26,853 nt of DNA from a virus (IMGVR_UViG_3300036796_000024:1-26853), one strand, 5' to 3'; positions 15,320-24,726 are shown, numbered from the stretch's first letter. Notes: generated from the letters alone by a model not told the origin. Program-made: numbers and translations.

Positions 15320-15562
15320 ATGTCATCACCAAGAAACCCACAATTTAACGTCAGAATTCAGCCAGAATTAAAAGAGAAGGTGGCAGCTCTTGCAGAAAGG
15401 AATAAGCGATCTGTCAATGCGGAAATTGTTGCGGCTTTAGAGGCGTGGGTTGAAGCTGGATTCTCCACTAACCCCGCTGGTAGCCTCGCTGAGATTGCTA
15501 AATCGTTGGATGGGTTAAGGGTGCTGATTGAGAGACAAGAAGCATCAAGGGGGCAAGATTAA
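15320..15562 (+). CDS. mnt: Arc/Mnt-family ribbon-helix-helix repressor (Mnt-like, 80 aa)
   Basis: PQFNVRIQPELKEKVAALAERNKRSVNAEIVAALE is Arc-family; extra C-terminal helix as in Mnt; divergent from ant; ATG15287 lies within the promoter, so 15320 is preferred. Confidence 0.85.
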   Translation: MSSPRNPQFNVRIQPELKEKVAALAERNKRSVNAEIVAALEAWVEAGFSTNPAGSLAEIAKSLDGLRVLIERQEASRGQD

Positions 15563-15568
15563 ATTACA

Positions 15569-15739
15569 ATGCCAACCATCAAGCCAAAAACAGATCAGTA
15601 CCAACTACGATTGCCTCATGGGTTCCGAGATCAGTTAGAAGAAGAGATGAAAAAGGATGGCGACTCATCATTAGCTGCGTGGATCAAGAGAGTGCTGAGG
15701 AAAGAATTACAGTCTCGTGGCGTTGAGCCAAAGGGATAA
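15569..15739 (+). CDS. Second small ribbon-helix-helix-like protein, 56 aa; not in the ORF track
   Basis: Read directly: MPTIKPKTDQYQLRLPHGFRDQLEEEMKKDGDSSLAAWIKRVLRKELQSRGVEPKG*; alternating beta strand YQLRL then two helices. Confidence 0.75.
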   Translation: MPTIKPKTDQYQLRLPHGFRDQLEEEMKKDGDSSLAAWIKRVLRKELQSRGVEPKG

Positions 15740-15772
15740 ATTTAATGCTGATTGTCTTTTTCTGATTTTGAC

Positions 15773-15800
15773 TTGAGCCTATGGCCCTAGATGTTAATAT
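15773..15800 (+). promoter_or_regulatory. Moron promoter for the lipoprotein gene
   Basis: TTGAGC, 16 bp, TAATAT with extended -10 TG at 15792-15793. Confidence 0.55.
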
Positions 15801-15831
15801 GTTTCTGATTGCAATCAATGGAAACTAAATA

Positions 15832-16188
15832 ATGAAAAAAGTATTAGCTGTTGCTTTGGGCGTAATGATGTTGGCAGGTTGTAGTTCTCGCGTTGCAGAT
15901 CTCACTGTTGCGAGCACTAAAAACTATAACCTTAACTCCAATAATTTCATCAAGGGCGCGCGAGTTACTGCAGAGGACTCTGCGCCTGTGGTCATTTTCC
16001 CTTTGGGCATTCCCAATGTGAAGACAGCTATCGACAGAGCTATTGAGAAGAACCGCTGCTCAGTTGCCCTTTCTGATGTGGTCGTAACTCAATTTAACCA
16101 TTCTTTCCTGTTTGGTAAGTTTGGGTTCCTCATTGAGGGAACTGAGGTTATTGATCGGGGTCAACCTGGCTGCCAGAACGCAAGCTGA
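15832..16188 (+). CDS. Moron-encoded lipoprotein, 118 aa, probably outer membrane
   Basis: Signal MKKVLAVALGVMMLAGC with lipobox LAGC and Ser at +2; own promoter and terminator. Confidence 0.85.
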   Translation: MKKVLAVALGVMMLAGCSSRVADLTVASTKNYNLNSNNFIKGARVTAEDSAPVVIFPLGIPNVKTAIDRAIEKNRCSVALSDVVVTQFNHSFLFGKFGFLIEGTEVIDRGQPGCQNAS

Positions 16189-16206
16189 AAAATAAACTAT
16201 TTACAG

Positions 16207-16232
16207 AAACCTCGCTAAGGCGGGGTTTTTTT
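16207..16232 (+). terminator. Intrinsic terminator of the lipoprotein moron
   Basis: AAACCTCGC-TAAG-GCGGGGTTT followed by TTTT. Confidence 0.85.
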
Positions 16233-16250
16233 ATGCCCGGAGAAAAACAA

Positions 16251-18626
16251 ATGGCAGAAAAAGCAGGGTCTATTTACTTTGAGGTCGATGCTGAATTGTC
16301 AGGTCTCTTGGATGCACAGAGGAAGGCAAATAAAACTCTAGATTCTATCGGCAACTCCGCAACAAACGCATCAACTAAAATTTCTGGGCTCGTCACTGGT
16401 ATATCAAGATTAGCCGGAGCCATTGCGGCATCTGTCATCATTGAGTTTGGTAAAAACTTCCTGCAAGCCGCAGATGCTGTTTCTCAATTACAGGCAAGGA
16501 TAACTCGGCTCTCTCCTGATTTAGTTGCAGCAAACCAGACGTTTGGAGAGTTAGCCGATATTGCATCAAAAACAGGCGCTGGGTTGCGTGATACTACCAA
16601 GCTTTGGGAAACCTTAACCTCATCGCTAAAAGAGTCTGGGGCGACAAACGCGCAGGTTCTTAATCTTACGCAAACACTACAGAAAATAGGTCGCATTGGC
16701 GGATCATCTGCTGAAGAGATGGCTAATGCCCTGAGGCAGTTCGGACAGTCAATATCTGGCGGTGTTGTAAGGGCAGAAGAGTTCAACTCAATTCTTGAGC
16801 AGATGCCAGAGTTGGCCAGGCAAATCGCAAAAGGTATGGGCGTGAGCATAGGGCAGCTTCGCCAACTAATGTTAGCTGGTAAGTTATCAGCCGAAGACGC
16901 GCTTAATGCGATTCAGAGAAGAACGGAAGATGTAAACAGTGAATTCGATAAGCTGCCGAGGACACTGGACCAAGCAACTGGATCGCTTTCAATATCATTC
17001 GCCAAATTAACAGCTTCTGTCAACGAAGCTACAGGGGCTTCTCATTTGGCTGTGGAAGTCATTGACCGATTATCAGGATTTGTTGCCAAGCTCGGAGATA
17101 ACTCAACAAGTACTGCTGAGAAGTTTTTATCAATGGCCGCTGCAATTTCAAAGATAACGCCATCAATTAGCGGTGCGACAGTAGTTAATTGGCTGTGGCC
17201 TGACGATGGTCAGAAAAAGCAGAAAGAATACGATGATCTGGTCAATGACTTCATTAAGTCATCGCAGAACGGCTACGAGCAAGCAAAGAAAAACGCAGAG
17301 GGAAGGAAAGAGATTTCACTTGCTGGCGCAGATGCTGACAGCAAAGCAACAGAGAAGCTAGTCCAAAACTCAGCTCGTAGACTTGCCTTATCAAAATTAG
17401 AGGGTGAGGCCAGAGCACGTCTTCAGGCTAAATATGATGCTGCTGACGCCGGAATAAAAGACCCTGAGAAAGTTAAAGAACTTCAGGACCAGTATGCAGC
17501 AACATACAGAAACGTTCAGGCCCAGAAAGAAAGCAACAAAGAAAGCAAATCATCAGCATCCTCAGCTGAGTCCGTGGCGCAGAAGCTGGCGAACCTGAGG
17601 CAGCAATCAGAACTGGCGGCAGACTCAACGCGAGAGCTAAGCCGTGAACAGGCGATTCTTAAGGCCCAACAGTCCCTTGGCAAGGCAGCCACGCAAGACC
17701 AGATCAAACTAGCCGGCGAGTACGCTGCGAAGACATGGGATGTGGCTAACGCTTTAAAAATGAGGCAGGAAGCAGAGCAGGCTACCAGGTTCGTTAACCA
17801 GGAAGTCTCAGCTGCTAAGGTGCAGCGTGACCCGTACACTGGCGAGGCCGTAGACCCTTACGCTCAGGTTAACGAGGAAGAGTCTCGCAAGCTGGAAGCA
17901 CTCAGGAAATACCAGCAGCTCGGTGCTGTTGATGCCCAGCAGTATGAAGATGGGAAGACCGCCATCATGCAGCAGGCAGCCAATGAGCGTATTAACATTG
18001 CTCAGGATGAATCACGTAGGCAGGTTGATGTGATGAATACGCTGCTAGGTGGGTTGGGTGATAGCTTCTCTGGTCTCGCTGATATCATCTCAAAAAGCTC
18101 TGGCGATACCAGTGATGCCTACCGCGTCCTGTTCGGCATCGGTAAAGGGTTTGCTGTTGCTCAGGCCGGACTAAACCTTCAACTCGCACTTTCTAACGCT
18201 ATGGCTTCCGGCCCGTTCCCCTGGAACTTGTCAGCAATGGCGAGTGTAGCTGCGGCAGGCGGTTCGCTAATCTCCTCTATTGCCGGAGCCACATATGGCG
18301 GTGCTCGTAAAAACGGTGGCCCGGTATCTGCAGGGGAAATGTATCGAGTAGGTGAGGGCGGCATGCCTGAGATTTACCAGGCTAGCTCCGGTAGGCAGTA
18401 CATGATACCTGGCGATAATGGAAAGGTGATCAGCAATAAGGATATGCAGGGTGACGGTGGAGGTGGCGCATCATTCAACCCTGTAATGAATCTTACAATA
18501 AATACTACAGGAGGAGTTGGTGAAGAGGATATATCCAGGCTCCGTAAAGTATGGAATAACGATATGATGAAAATGATGGTCGACCAGAGTAGAAGGCCTG
18601 GAGGTATTCTGGCGCCAAGGAAATAG
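16251..18626 (+). CDS. Tail tape measure protein, 791 aa
   Basis: ALRQFGQSISGGVVRAEEFNSILEQMP tape-measure motif; long Ala/Gln-rich helices; GARKNGGPVSAGEMYRVGEGGMPE near the C-terminus; SD GGAG. Confidence 0.95.
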   Translation: MAEKAGSIYFEVDAELSGLLDAQRKANKTLDSIGNSATNASTKISGLVTGISRLAGAIAASVIIEFGKNFLQAADAVSQLQARITRLSPDLVAANQTFGELADIASKTGAGLRDTTKLWETLTSSLKESGATNAQVLNLTQTLQKIGRIGGSSAEEMANALRQFGQSISGGVVRAEEFNSILEQMPELARQIAKGMGVSIGQLRQLMLAGKLSAEDALNAIQRRTEDVNSEFDKLPRTLDQATGSLSISFAKLTASVNEATGASHLAVEVIDRLSGFVAKLGDNSTSTAEKFLSMAAAISKITPSISGATVVNWLWPDDGQKKQKEYDDLVNDFIKSSQNGYEQAKKNAEGRKEISLAGADADSKATEKLVQNSARRLALSKLEGEARARLQAKYDAADAGIKDPEKVKELQDQYAATYRNVQAQKESNKESKSSASSAESVAQKLANLRQQSELAADSTRELSREQAILKAQQSLGKAATQDQIKLAGEYAAKTWDVANALKMRQEAEQATRFVNQEVSAAKVQRDPYTGEAVDPYAQVNEEESRKLEALRKYQQLGAVDAQQYEDGKTAIMQQAANERINIAQDESRRQVDVMNTLLGGLGDSFSGLADIISKSSGDTSDAYRVLFGIGKGFAVAQAGLNLQLALSNAMASGPFPWNLSAMASVAAAGGSLISSIAGATYGGARKNGGPVSAGEMYRVGEGGMPEIYQASSGRQYMIPGDNGKVISNKDMQGDGGGGASFNPVMNLTINTTGGVGEEDISRLRKVWNNDMMKMMVDQSRRPGGILAPRK

Positions 18627-18647
18627 AAAAGCGGCCTAATGCCGCTT
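18627..18647 (-). terminator. Terminator of the antisense moron (possibly bidirectional)
   Basis: AAGCGGC-CTAAT-GCCGCTT with an A-run on the left, i.e. a T-run on the - strand. Confidence 0.7.
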
Positions 18648-18652
18648 AACTA

Positions 18653-18892
18653 TCATTCTTCGCCAAGGGCAGTTTTCACTATCTCTCTTATCATATCATT
18701 CACATAATTGGCTGCTTCTTTTATTTCTTCTTTAGAAACTGTATCACTTTCTATCTCATCGAAATTCATTGTGCTTTTTTCAGTGAGTTTTTTAAGAATC
18801 TGCTGTTGATCTTCATTAAGGACAGCAATTACATAACTAAGAACAGTTTTCACTGCCATTGCGGTAAGAAGTGATTCATTTTGAATGGTCAT
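18653..18892 (-). CDS. AT-rich antisense moron, 79-aa acidic helical protein of unknown function
   Basis: Strong SD AGGAGG; extended -10 upstream; terminator downstream; inserted between TMP and M. Confidence 0.8.
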   Translation of the reverse strand: MTIQNESLLTAMAVKTVLSYVIAVLNEDQQQILKKLTEKSTMNFDEIESDTVSKEEIKEAANYVNDMIREIVKTALGEE

Positions 18893-18927
18893 TTAGTGCC
18901 TCCTAAGAATTTAGAGATAGAAAGTAG

Positions 18928-18936
18928 ATTATATCA
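18928..18936 (-). promoter_or_regulatory. Extended -10 promoter of the antisense moron
   Basis: TGaTATAAT on the - strand, 35 nt upstream of the start codon. Confidence 0.65.
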
Positions 18937-18968
18937 TTGGCTGCATAGTACAAAAAATGAGGATAATC

Positions 18969-19319
18969 ATGCCAGAGATATTCACCTGGAAGCCTGAGCG
19001 AGGATACACAGTCAGCAGGCAGCCAAACGTTGCAGTGGTTAAGCTTGGCGACGGGTATGAGCAGCGCCAAGTAAAAGGTATCAACCCTTTGATGGATAGC
19101 TACTCGCTGACCTTCAAAGGAACTGATGGCCTGTGCGGTAGAGCTAACATCGCTAAGGCTGTCGATGCCTTCCTGAAAGCCAGAATGTCTGTGGAGGCGT
19201 TCTACTGGACGCCATCTGACACCGGAGTGCAGCGGCTGTTTGTGTGCCGGTCGTGGAGCACCACAAAGACCGGTCCACACTACGAACTTACAGCTACATT
19301 TGAACAAGTGCCACGATAG
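18969..19319 (+). CDS. Distal tail protein, lambda gpM-like
   Basis: FTWKP...VVKLGDGYEQRQVKGINP...AFYWTP...LTATFEQV; SD GAGGA. Confidence 0.92.
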   Translation: MPEIFTWKPERGYTVSRQPNVAVVKLGDGYEQRQVKGINPLMDSYSLTFKGTDGLCGRANIAKAVDAFLKARMSVEAFYWTPSDTGVQRLFVCRSWSTTKTGPHYELTATFEQVPR

Positions 19320-19339
19320 CCACCTCCGGGTGGCTTTTT
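19318..19339 (+). terminator. Intrinsic terminator after M
   Basis: AGCCACC-TCCG-GGTGGCT followed by TTTT. Confidence 0.75.
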
Positions 19340-19354
19340 CAATGGGAGTTATCC

Positions 19355-20059
19355 GTGCGCGACATACCAGCAGAATTGATTATCGAGAGCGTTGACGCTG
19401 GCGTTGGCGCGTTTATCGACCTGTTCGAAGCAGACTTGCAGCCCTACGGCGGCGACGTTGTTCGCTTCCATTCAGGGACGAATGGCTTCTACACGGACGT
19501 AATCTGGAAGGGGCGAGCATATCCGGCTTACCCGATTGCCGTCGAAGGTTTCGAGATGAAAAACGAAGGGACGTATGCGCGGCCAACCATGGCAGTGGCA
19601 AACGTTTCTGGCCTAATCACCGGCATTAACAGCGACTTTGACGACATGTTAGGAGTCGTCATTACGCGCCGCCAGGTACCGGTTAAACATCTTGACGCTG
19701 TTAACTTCCCGAATGGCAACCCGGATGCCGACCCCACCAAAGAAGCTGTTTCCCGGTACATCGTGGAGGAAATGACCGAAGAGACATTTGAGCAGGTAAC
19801 TTACTCACTGGCTACTCCTGTTGACTGTGATAACGCCATTATCCCGGCGCGGACAATTCTGGCCGATGTATGTCAGTGGGTGTATCGCGGTGAAGGATGT
19901 CGCTATGACGGTCCGCCAGTTGCAGATGAAAGAGACAGTCCCACAACCGATCCGAACCGCGACCGGTGCTCTCATCGTCGCTCTGGCTGCAGGATGCGAT
20001 TCAAGCGCCCCGAACCAATGCCAATCAGCAGCTTCCCAGGCTCTCAGAAGGTTTCCTGA
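19355..20059 (+). CDS. Minor tail protein, lambda gpL-like
   Basis: WKGRAYPAYPIAVEGFE, YARPTMAVAN, C-terminal Cys cluster CQWVYRGEGC...CSHRRSGCRMRF. Confidence 0.94.
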   Translation: MRDIPAELIIESVDAGVGAFIDLFEADLQPYGGDVVRFHSGTNGFYTDVIWKGRAYPAYPIAVEGFEMKNEGTYARPTMAVANVSGLITGINSDFDDMLGVVITRRQVPVKHLDAVNFPNGNPDADPTKEAVSRYIVEEMTEETFEQVTYSLATPVDCDNAIIPARTILADVCQWVYRGEGCRYDGPPVADERDSPTTDPNRDRCSHRRSGCRMRFKRPEPMPISSFPGSQKVS

Positions 20060-20778
20060 TGAAAGAGTGTATCGACTATGCGGCAACGTCGCAGGATGAA
20101 GTGTGCGGGCTGATCATCGACGACAGTCGCCTGCTCCGCTGCCGTAATTCACACCCCGAGCCAAATACTCACTTCCGAATCAGTGATGATGACTGGCTGG
20201 CTGCTGAAGAGGTCGGTGAGATTACTGCAGTTTTTCACTCCCACCCTCAGAATCAGCAAGGCCTGTCAGGTGCTGACCGGAAGGCGCAAATTGCTACCGG
20301 GCTTCCGTGGTGGCTTGCCAGCGGTGGAAAGCTACATAAGTTCAGACCAGTGTCATTCCTTCTGGGGCGCAGATTCGAGCATGGTGTGATGGACTGCTAT
20401 AGCCTGTTCCGGGATGCATATCATCTGTGCGGCATTGACCTTCCTGATTTTGAGCGGAACGGCGGATGGTGGTTGCGCGGAGAAAATCTGTACCTCAAAA
20501 ACATGCCCGTTAACGGATTTTACCAGGTATCCACTGAATTAGCCCGGCCTGGCGATGTAATTATCCGGCAGCCATTCGATGGTGCCGATCCGTGCCATGC
20601 AATGATTCTCCTGGATAACAATATGGTGCTTCATCACGACCATGCAGGACACCTCAGCAGACGAGAGCCGATGCGTCCGGCATTCATTAAACAGACACAT
20701 TCGATATGGAGGCATGAGCGGTGCTCATCTTTAAATTTGCAGGCCATCTACGCCGACATTTCCGCAAAGTCGAGCTAA
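20059..20778 (+). CDS. Tail assembly protein, lambda gpK-like (JAB/MPN plus NlpC/P60)
   Basis: EVCGLI, FHSHP...LSGADR (JAMM motif), then GRRFEHGVMDCYSLFRDAY and HAMI..MVLHH; TGATG coupling to L. Confidence 0.94.
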   Translation: MKECIDYAATSQDEVCGLIIDDSRLLRCRNSHPEPNTHFRISDDDWLAAEEVGEITAVFHSHPQNQQGLSGADRKAQIATGLPWWLASGGKLHKFRPVSFLLGRRFEHGVMDCYSLFRDAYHLCGIDLPDFERNGGWWLRGENLYLKNMPVNGFYQVSTELARPGDVIIRQPFDGADPCHAMILLDNNMVLHHDHAGHLSRREPMRPAFIKQTHSIWRHERCSSLNLQAIYADISAKSS

Positions 20779-21248
20779 ACGTAGATACGCCAGCGCAAGG
20801 CCTCCGGCTTCTACTCGCTCAAAACCAGGATTTTAAGAAAGCATTCCTGAGTTCAAATATGAGACTGAGGATCGCCGGCGAGGAAATAGAAACCTCATCA
20901 GTACAGTGGCACATGGACAGACATCTCAATGACGGAAGTGTGATTTTGTTCGTTCCGGTAATTGAGGGAGCGATAACTGGCGTCACAGCTGCATATATCG
21001 CGATTGCAATCGCAGTGGCCTCTGTTGCTTACTCCGTCTACATGTCAAGAAACATGAAGACAAAAACCTCAGCAGAATCTGCACAGACCGACAGCATCAC
21101 CAACAACTCATTCACGAATGCCGAGAACCGAATAGGGCAAGGCAGGCCAGTACCAATCCTCCTGGGTGAAATGGTGGTAGGCAGTAACGTCATATCCCTC
21201 GGGATAGACACGACAAACAATATGGACTGGCAAGAGTCGATTAGCTAA
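20721..21248 (+). CDS. Tail assembly protein, lambda gpI-like
   Basis: FVPVIEGA, hydrophobic segment, NRIGQGRPVPILLGEMVVGSNVIS. Confidence 0.92.
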   Translation: MLIFKFAGHLRRHFRKVELNVDTPAQGLRLLLAQNQDFKKAFLSSNMRLRIAGEEIETSSVQWHMDRHLNDGSVILFVPVIEGAITGVTAAYIAIAIAVASVAYSVYMSRNMKTKTSAESAQTDSITNNSFTNAENRIGQGRPVPILLGEMVVGSNVISLGIDTTNNMDWQESIS

Positions 21249-21249
21249 C

Positions 21250-21273
21250 AGGCCACCTTCGGGTGGCTTTTTT
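21250..21273 (+). terminator. Intrinsic terminator before J
   Basis: AGGCCACC-TTCG-GGTGGCTT followed by TTTT. Confidence 0.8.
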
Positions 21274-21289
21274 ATTTCCGGAGAACGCG

Positions 21290-24200
21290 ATGTCATCAGG
21301 CGGCGGTAAGGCTTCAACACCCACACTTATTAACGATAACCTACGCTCAAAGCAATTCCTGAAGGTTCTGGACCTCATCAGCGAGGGGCCAATTTACGGA
21401 CCGGTTGACCAGGATCACCTTTCATCTTTTCTTCTGAACAAAACGCCGGTGACCAGCGTTAACGGTGACACAAATATCAACGGCGTAAGCGTGGCCTGGC
21501 GGCCAGGCTCCGAAACTCAGTCTCCTATTAATGGCTTTTCTGCCATTGAAGCGACGACCATCGTAAACAACGATATCACTTTTGATACTCCACTGGTCAG
21601 AACCGTTTCTGACGTTGATGTAACAAGGGTCAGACTGAATATCGGCGTTCGCAGTCTTGTAGAGCAGGATACAAAGGGAAATCAGAAAAACACATCCGTC
21701 ACCATGTCCATTGATGTTCGAACCGGCAACAACGCTTTCCAGCCCGTTAAAACCGTGACTATTGGCCCCAGCAAAATATCAGGAGAATATCTGGAGGCGC
21801 ATGTAATCGACGCTCCAGACACAAAGCCATTTGATATTCGTGTTCGCCGTATAACGCCTGACAGCACCAGTGACCTGCTTAGTAACGGAACGGTGTGGAA
21901 TAGTTACACAGAAATCACTGACGACAACCTTACATATCCGTTCTCTGCTATCGCCGGTGCAGTCATTGACCGTGACCAGTACACCGACACGCCGACGCGC
22001 ACTTATCACCTGCGTGGGCTGATTGTTGACGTGCCGGATAATTACGATCCGATTGCCCGCACCTATACCGGGCTGTGGACTGGTGGCTTCAAAAAGGCAT
22101 GGACTAACAACCCGGCATGGCTTTTCCGGGCTCTGGTGACAAACAATCGATATGGGCTTGCTCGCCGCGCTGGCTATATCGATGTTGATGATGGCTCGCT
22201 CTATATTCTTTCTCAATACTGCGACCAGTTGGTTAACGATGGATATGGCGGCAAGGAGCCGCGTCATGTTCTCAACGCATACATCACAGAGCAGTCAAGC
22301 GCCAGAGATATTCTGGACAAGATTGCCGGGATGTTTCGTGGAGTGGCGTTGTGGGATGGCATGCGTTTAACAGTGATGCTGGACGCACCTCAAGACCCGA
22401 TAGCAGCTATCAGCAATGCTAACGTTGTAGATGGGAAGTTTAGCTACAGCTCAGTGAAGCAGTCAGAGCGTTATAACGCTGTCGTCGTATCATGGACTGA
22501 CCCAAACAACGGCTGGCAGGACGCGAAGGAATACGTTTCCGACGATACGCTAATCAGCCAGAGCGGAAAGTACAACGAAACGACCATTGAGGCATTTGGT
22601 GCGACATCTCGCGGTCAGGCGTGGCGAGCGGGTAAGTGGCTGCTGGAAACTGCAAAGCGTGAGAACAAACGTGTAACGTTCCAGATGGCGCGTGATGCCA
22701 TCGCGTTCACACCCGGTGACATTGTTGAGGTGATGGATAATAACCACGCTGCCGCACGTCTCGGCGGGCGTATCATCTCACATGCGGGCTCTATCATTAC
22801 CGTTGATGCTGATGTCTCTGAGCTTGCTGGCAGCGGCGATGGAATGTCCATCATGGGAAGCAACGGGAAGCTGGTTAAGTATGATATTGCCAGCGTCGCA
22901 GGAGACAAAATCACGCTTCGCACCGCTCCGGTATGGGTTAAAGACGGCACTGTATTCGTTATCTCTACAGCGAGCGTTAAAACTCGACTGTGGAAAATCC
23001 TCGGCGTTGCAGAGACCGAAAACAATTCCGTCTACAGCATTACCGCAGGACTTCAAGACCCTAACAAGCAAGCTGTTGTTGATGAGGGGGCAGTCTTCGA
23101 TATACCGAATGATACTGCCAATGGTTATCGTGTCCCGAACATCGAAAACCTGCGCATCATTAACACCAATACTGAGACTGTTCAGGTTACTGCTACGTGG
23201 GAGACTGCAACCACAACGCGCAAAATAACGTTCGAGCTGACCATATACACCGAAGATGGAAAGGTTGTATCGCAGCACGAAACAGACCAGTTCCGTTATG
23301 AGTTTTACGGCATAGATGCAGGGCGATACTCGCTTGGCGTTCGCGGCCGCAACGAGAACGGCATGAAAGGTGCAGAGACTCAGGTTAGTCTCGTGATTGG
23401 TGCGCCGCCTGCCCCCTCAAGCATTGTATGGACTCCAGGGCTGTTCTCAGCTGATCTTGTTCCGGTGATGAATATCTCAGCTACCACAGACACTTCGTTC
23501 GAATTCTGGTATTCAGGAGAGAAAAGGATAACGAACCCAGCCGTTATCGAAGATCAGGCCCAATTCCTCGGACGTTCAACCCAATGGACGTTACACGGGC
23601 TCCAGGCTGACAAAACCTACTATGTCTACGTGAGAACCCGGAATGCCTTTGGGGTATCCGATTTTGTTGAGGCGTCAGGGCAGGCATCCTCTGATATTCC
23701 AGGGATGAATGACTATATCGACAAGGCCATTCGCGATTCCGATGCATTTAAAAACGTGCAGGAAGGGGTTGATACTAACCTGGAGGGGATCATGGAGAAT
23801 TCCCTGGCAAACCACGGAACGGTTGAGCACCAATTCCAGCAATATGGTGAGGTCCGTGCAGATGTTCTCGTTGTGAAAACAACGGTTGCAGAAGTCGATC
23901 ATGCACTGGCTGACCTGTCAGAGTATGTGCAGGCTCAGGTAGGTGATCTGACGGCAGCGGTTAACCAAAAAATGACAGCCGAAGTAAAAAGCGACGGAAC
24001 AGCAAAGGCGAGCTATACGCTTAATATGGGGATTGTAAGAGATGGTGTGAAGTACAACACTGGATTTGGCATGTCCCTTGAGCCATCAGGCAGCTCCTAC
24101 AAATCCACTGTAGTATTTGCAGCTGACCAGTTCGGTATCTACTCAGGAAGCGACCCAGGCAATTATCAGGCTGCGTTCTTTGTATTTAACGGACAGGCAT

Positions 24201-24448
24201 TTATCAACTCTGCATTCATTCAAGACCTGTCTGTAACTAATGAAAAGATTGGTGAGTATATCCGGTCTAACAATTACTCCCCCGGAGCTTCTGGCTGGAA
24301 TATACCCAAAAGCGGCAAGATTGAAATTAATGGAGGGGCCATTTCAATAAATAGCACGGGTGACGGGAGTGGTAGAACGGTATTAGATAATAATGGATTA
24401 ACTGTATATAACGGGAATTCGCAAGTTGTTGTTGTTGGTTTTTATTAA
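21290..24448 (+). CDS. J: Central tail fibre/host-specificity protein J, 1052 aa
   Basis: MSSGGGK...LDLISEGPIYG, WTGGFKKAWTNNPAW, FN3-like region, DUF1983-like C-terminus FAADQFGI...NGQAFINSAFIQD. Confidence 0.96.
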   Translation: MSSGGGKASTPTLINDNLRSKQFLKVLDLISEGPIYGPVDQDHLSSFLLNKTPVTSVNGDTNINGVSVAWRPGSETQSPINGFSAIEATTIVNNDITFDTPLVRTVSDVDVTRVRLNIGVRSLVEQDTKGNQKNTSVTMSIDVRTGNNAFQPVKTVTIGPSKISGEYLEAHVIDAPDTKPFDIRVRRITPDSTSDLLSNGTVWNSYTEITDDNLTYPFSAIAGAVIDRDQYTDTPTRTYHLRGLIVDVPDNYDPIARTYTGLWTGGFKKAWTNNPAWLFRALVTNNRYGLARRAGYIDVDDGSLYILSQYCDQLVNDGYGGKEPRHVLNAYITEQSSARDILDKIAGMFRGVALWDGMRLTVMLDAPQDPIAAISNANVVDGKFSYSSVKQSERYNAVVVSWTDPNNGWQDAKEYVSDDTLISQSGKYNETTIEAFGATSRGQAWRAGKWLLETAKRENKRVTFQMARDAIAFTPGDIVEVMDNNHAAARLGGRIISHAGSIITVDADVSELAGSGDGMSIMGSNGKLVKYDIASVAGDKITLRTAPVWVKDGTVFVISTASVKTRLWKILGVAETENNSVYSITAGLQDPNKQAVVDEGAVFDIPNDTANGYRVPNIENLRIINTNTETVQVTATWETATTTRKITFELTIYTEDGKVVSQHETDQFRYEFYGIDAGRYSLGVRGRNENGMKGAETQVSLVIGAPPAPSSIVWTPGLFSADLVPVMNISATTDTSFEFWYSGEKRITNPAVIEDQAQFLGRSTQWTLHGLQADKTYYVYVRTRNAFGVSDFVEASGQASSDIPGMNDYIDKAIRDSDAFKNVQEGVDTNLEGIMENSLANHGTVEHQFQQYGEVRADVLVVKTTVAEVDHALADLSEYVQAQVGDLTAAVNQKMTAEVKSDGTAKASYTLNMGIVRDGVKYNTGFGMSLEPSGSSYKSTVVFAADQFGIYSGSDPGNYQAAFFVFNGQAFINSAFIQDLSVTNEKIGEYIRSNNYSPGASGWNIPKSGKIEINGGAISINSTGDGSGRTVLDNNGLTVYNGNSQVVVVGFY

Positions 24449-24461
24449 TGAGGAGGTACTT

Positions 24462-24725
24462 ATGGCGTTTGGTGCGAAAATAACAATGCCAAATGGAGAC
24501 TTTGATGTGGTTAATGCTTTTGCTCCTTCATATTACTTGGACATCATCCAAGGAGAGCAGGCGGGACAGAGAGCGTACAATCTACCACCAGGTAAATCAC
24601 CTTCCGTTGTAGCGATTGGGGAGGTTCGCTATCGTTCTGATGGTGTAGCCAACCTTTCTATATCTGGTAATGTGGTTTCTTGGTCTAATTTACGAAATGA
24701 TACATTGATAGTTTCGGCGGTATGA
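24462..24725 (+). CDS. Small post-J tail tip protein, 87 aa
   Basis: SD AGGAGG; MAFGAKI...SISGNVVSWS pattern of the small gene after J in T1/N15/phi80-type tips. Confidence 0.7.
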   Translation: MAFGAKITMPNGDFDVVNAFAPSYYLDIIQGEQAGQRAYNLPPGKSPSVVAIGEVRYRSDGVANLSISGNVVSWSNLRNDTLIVSAV

Positions 24726-24726
24726 T

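Noticed and set aside
24425-24436. (GTT)4 at the end of J as a contingency repeat
   Set aside because: Short, in-frame, simply encodes VVVV
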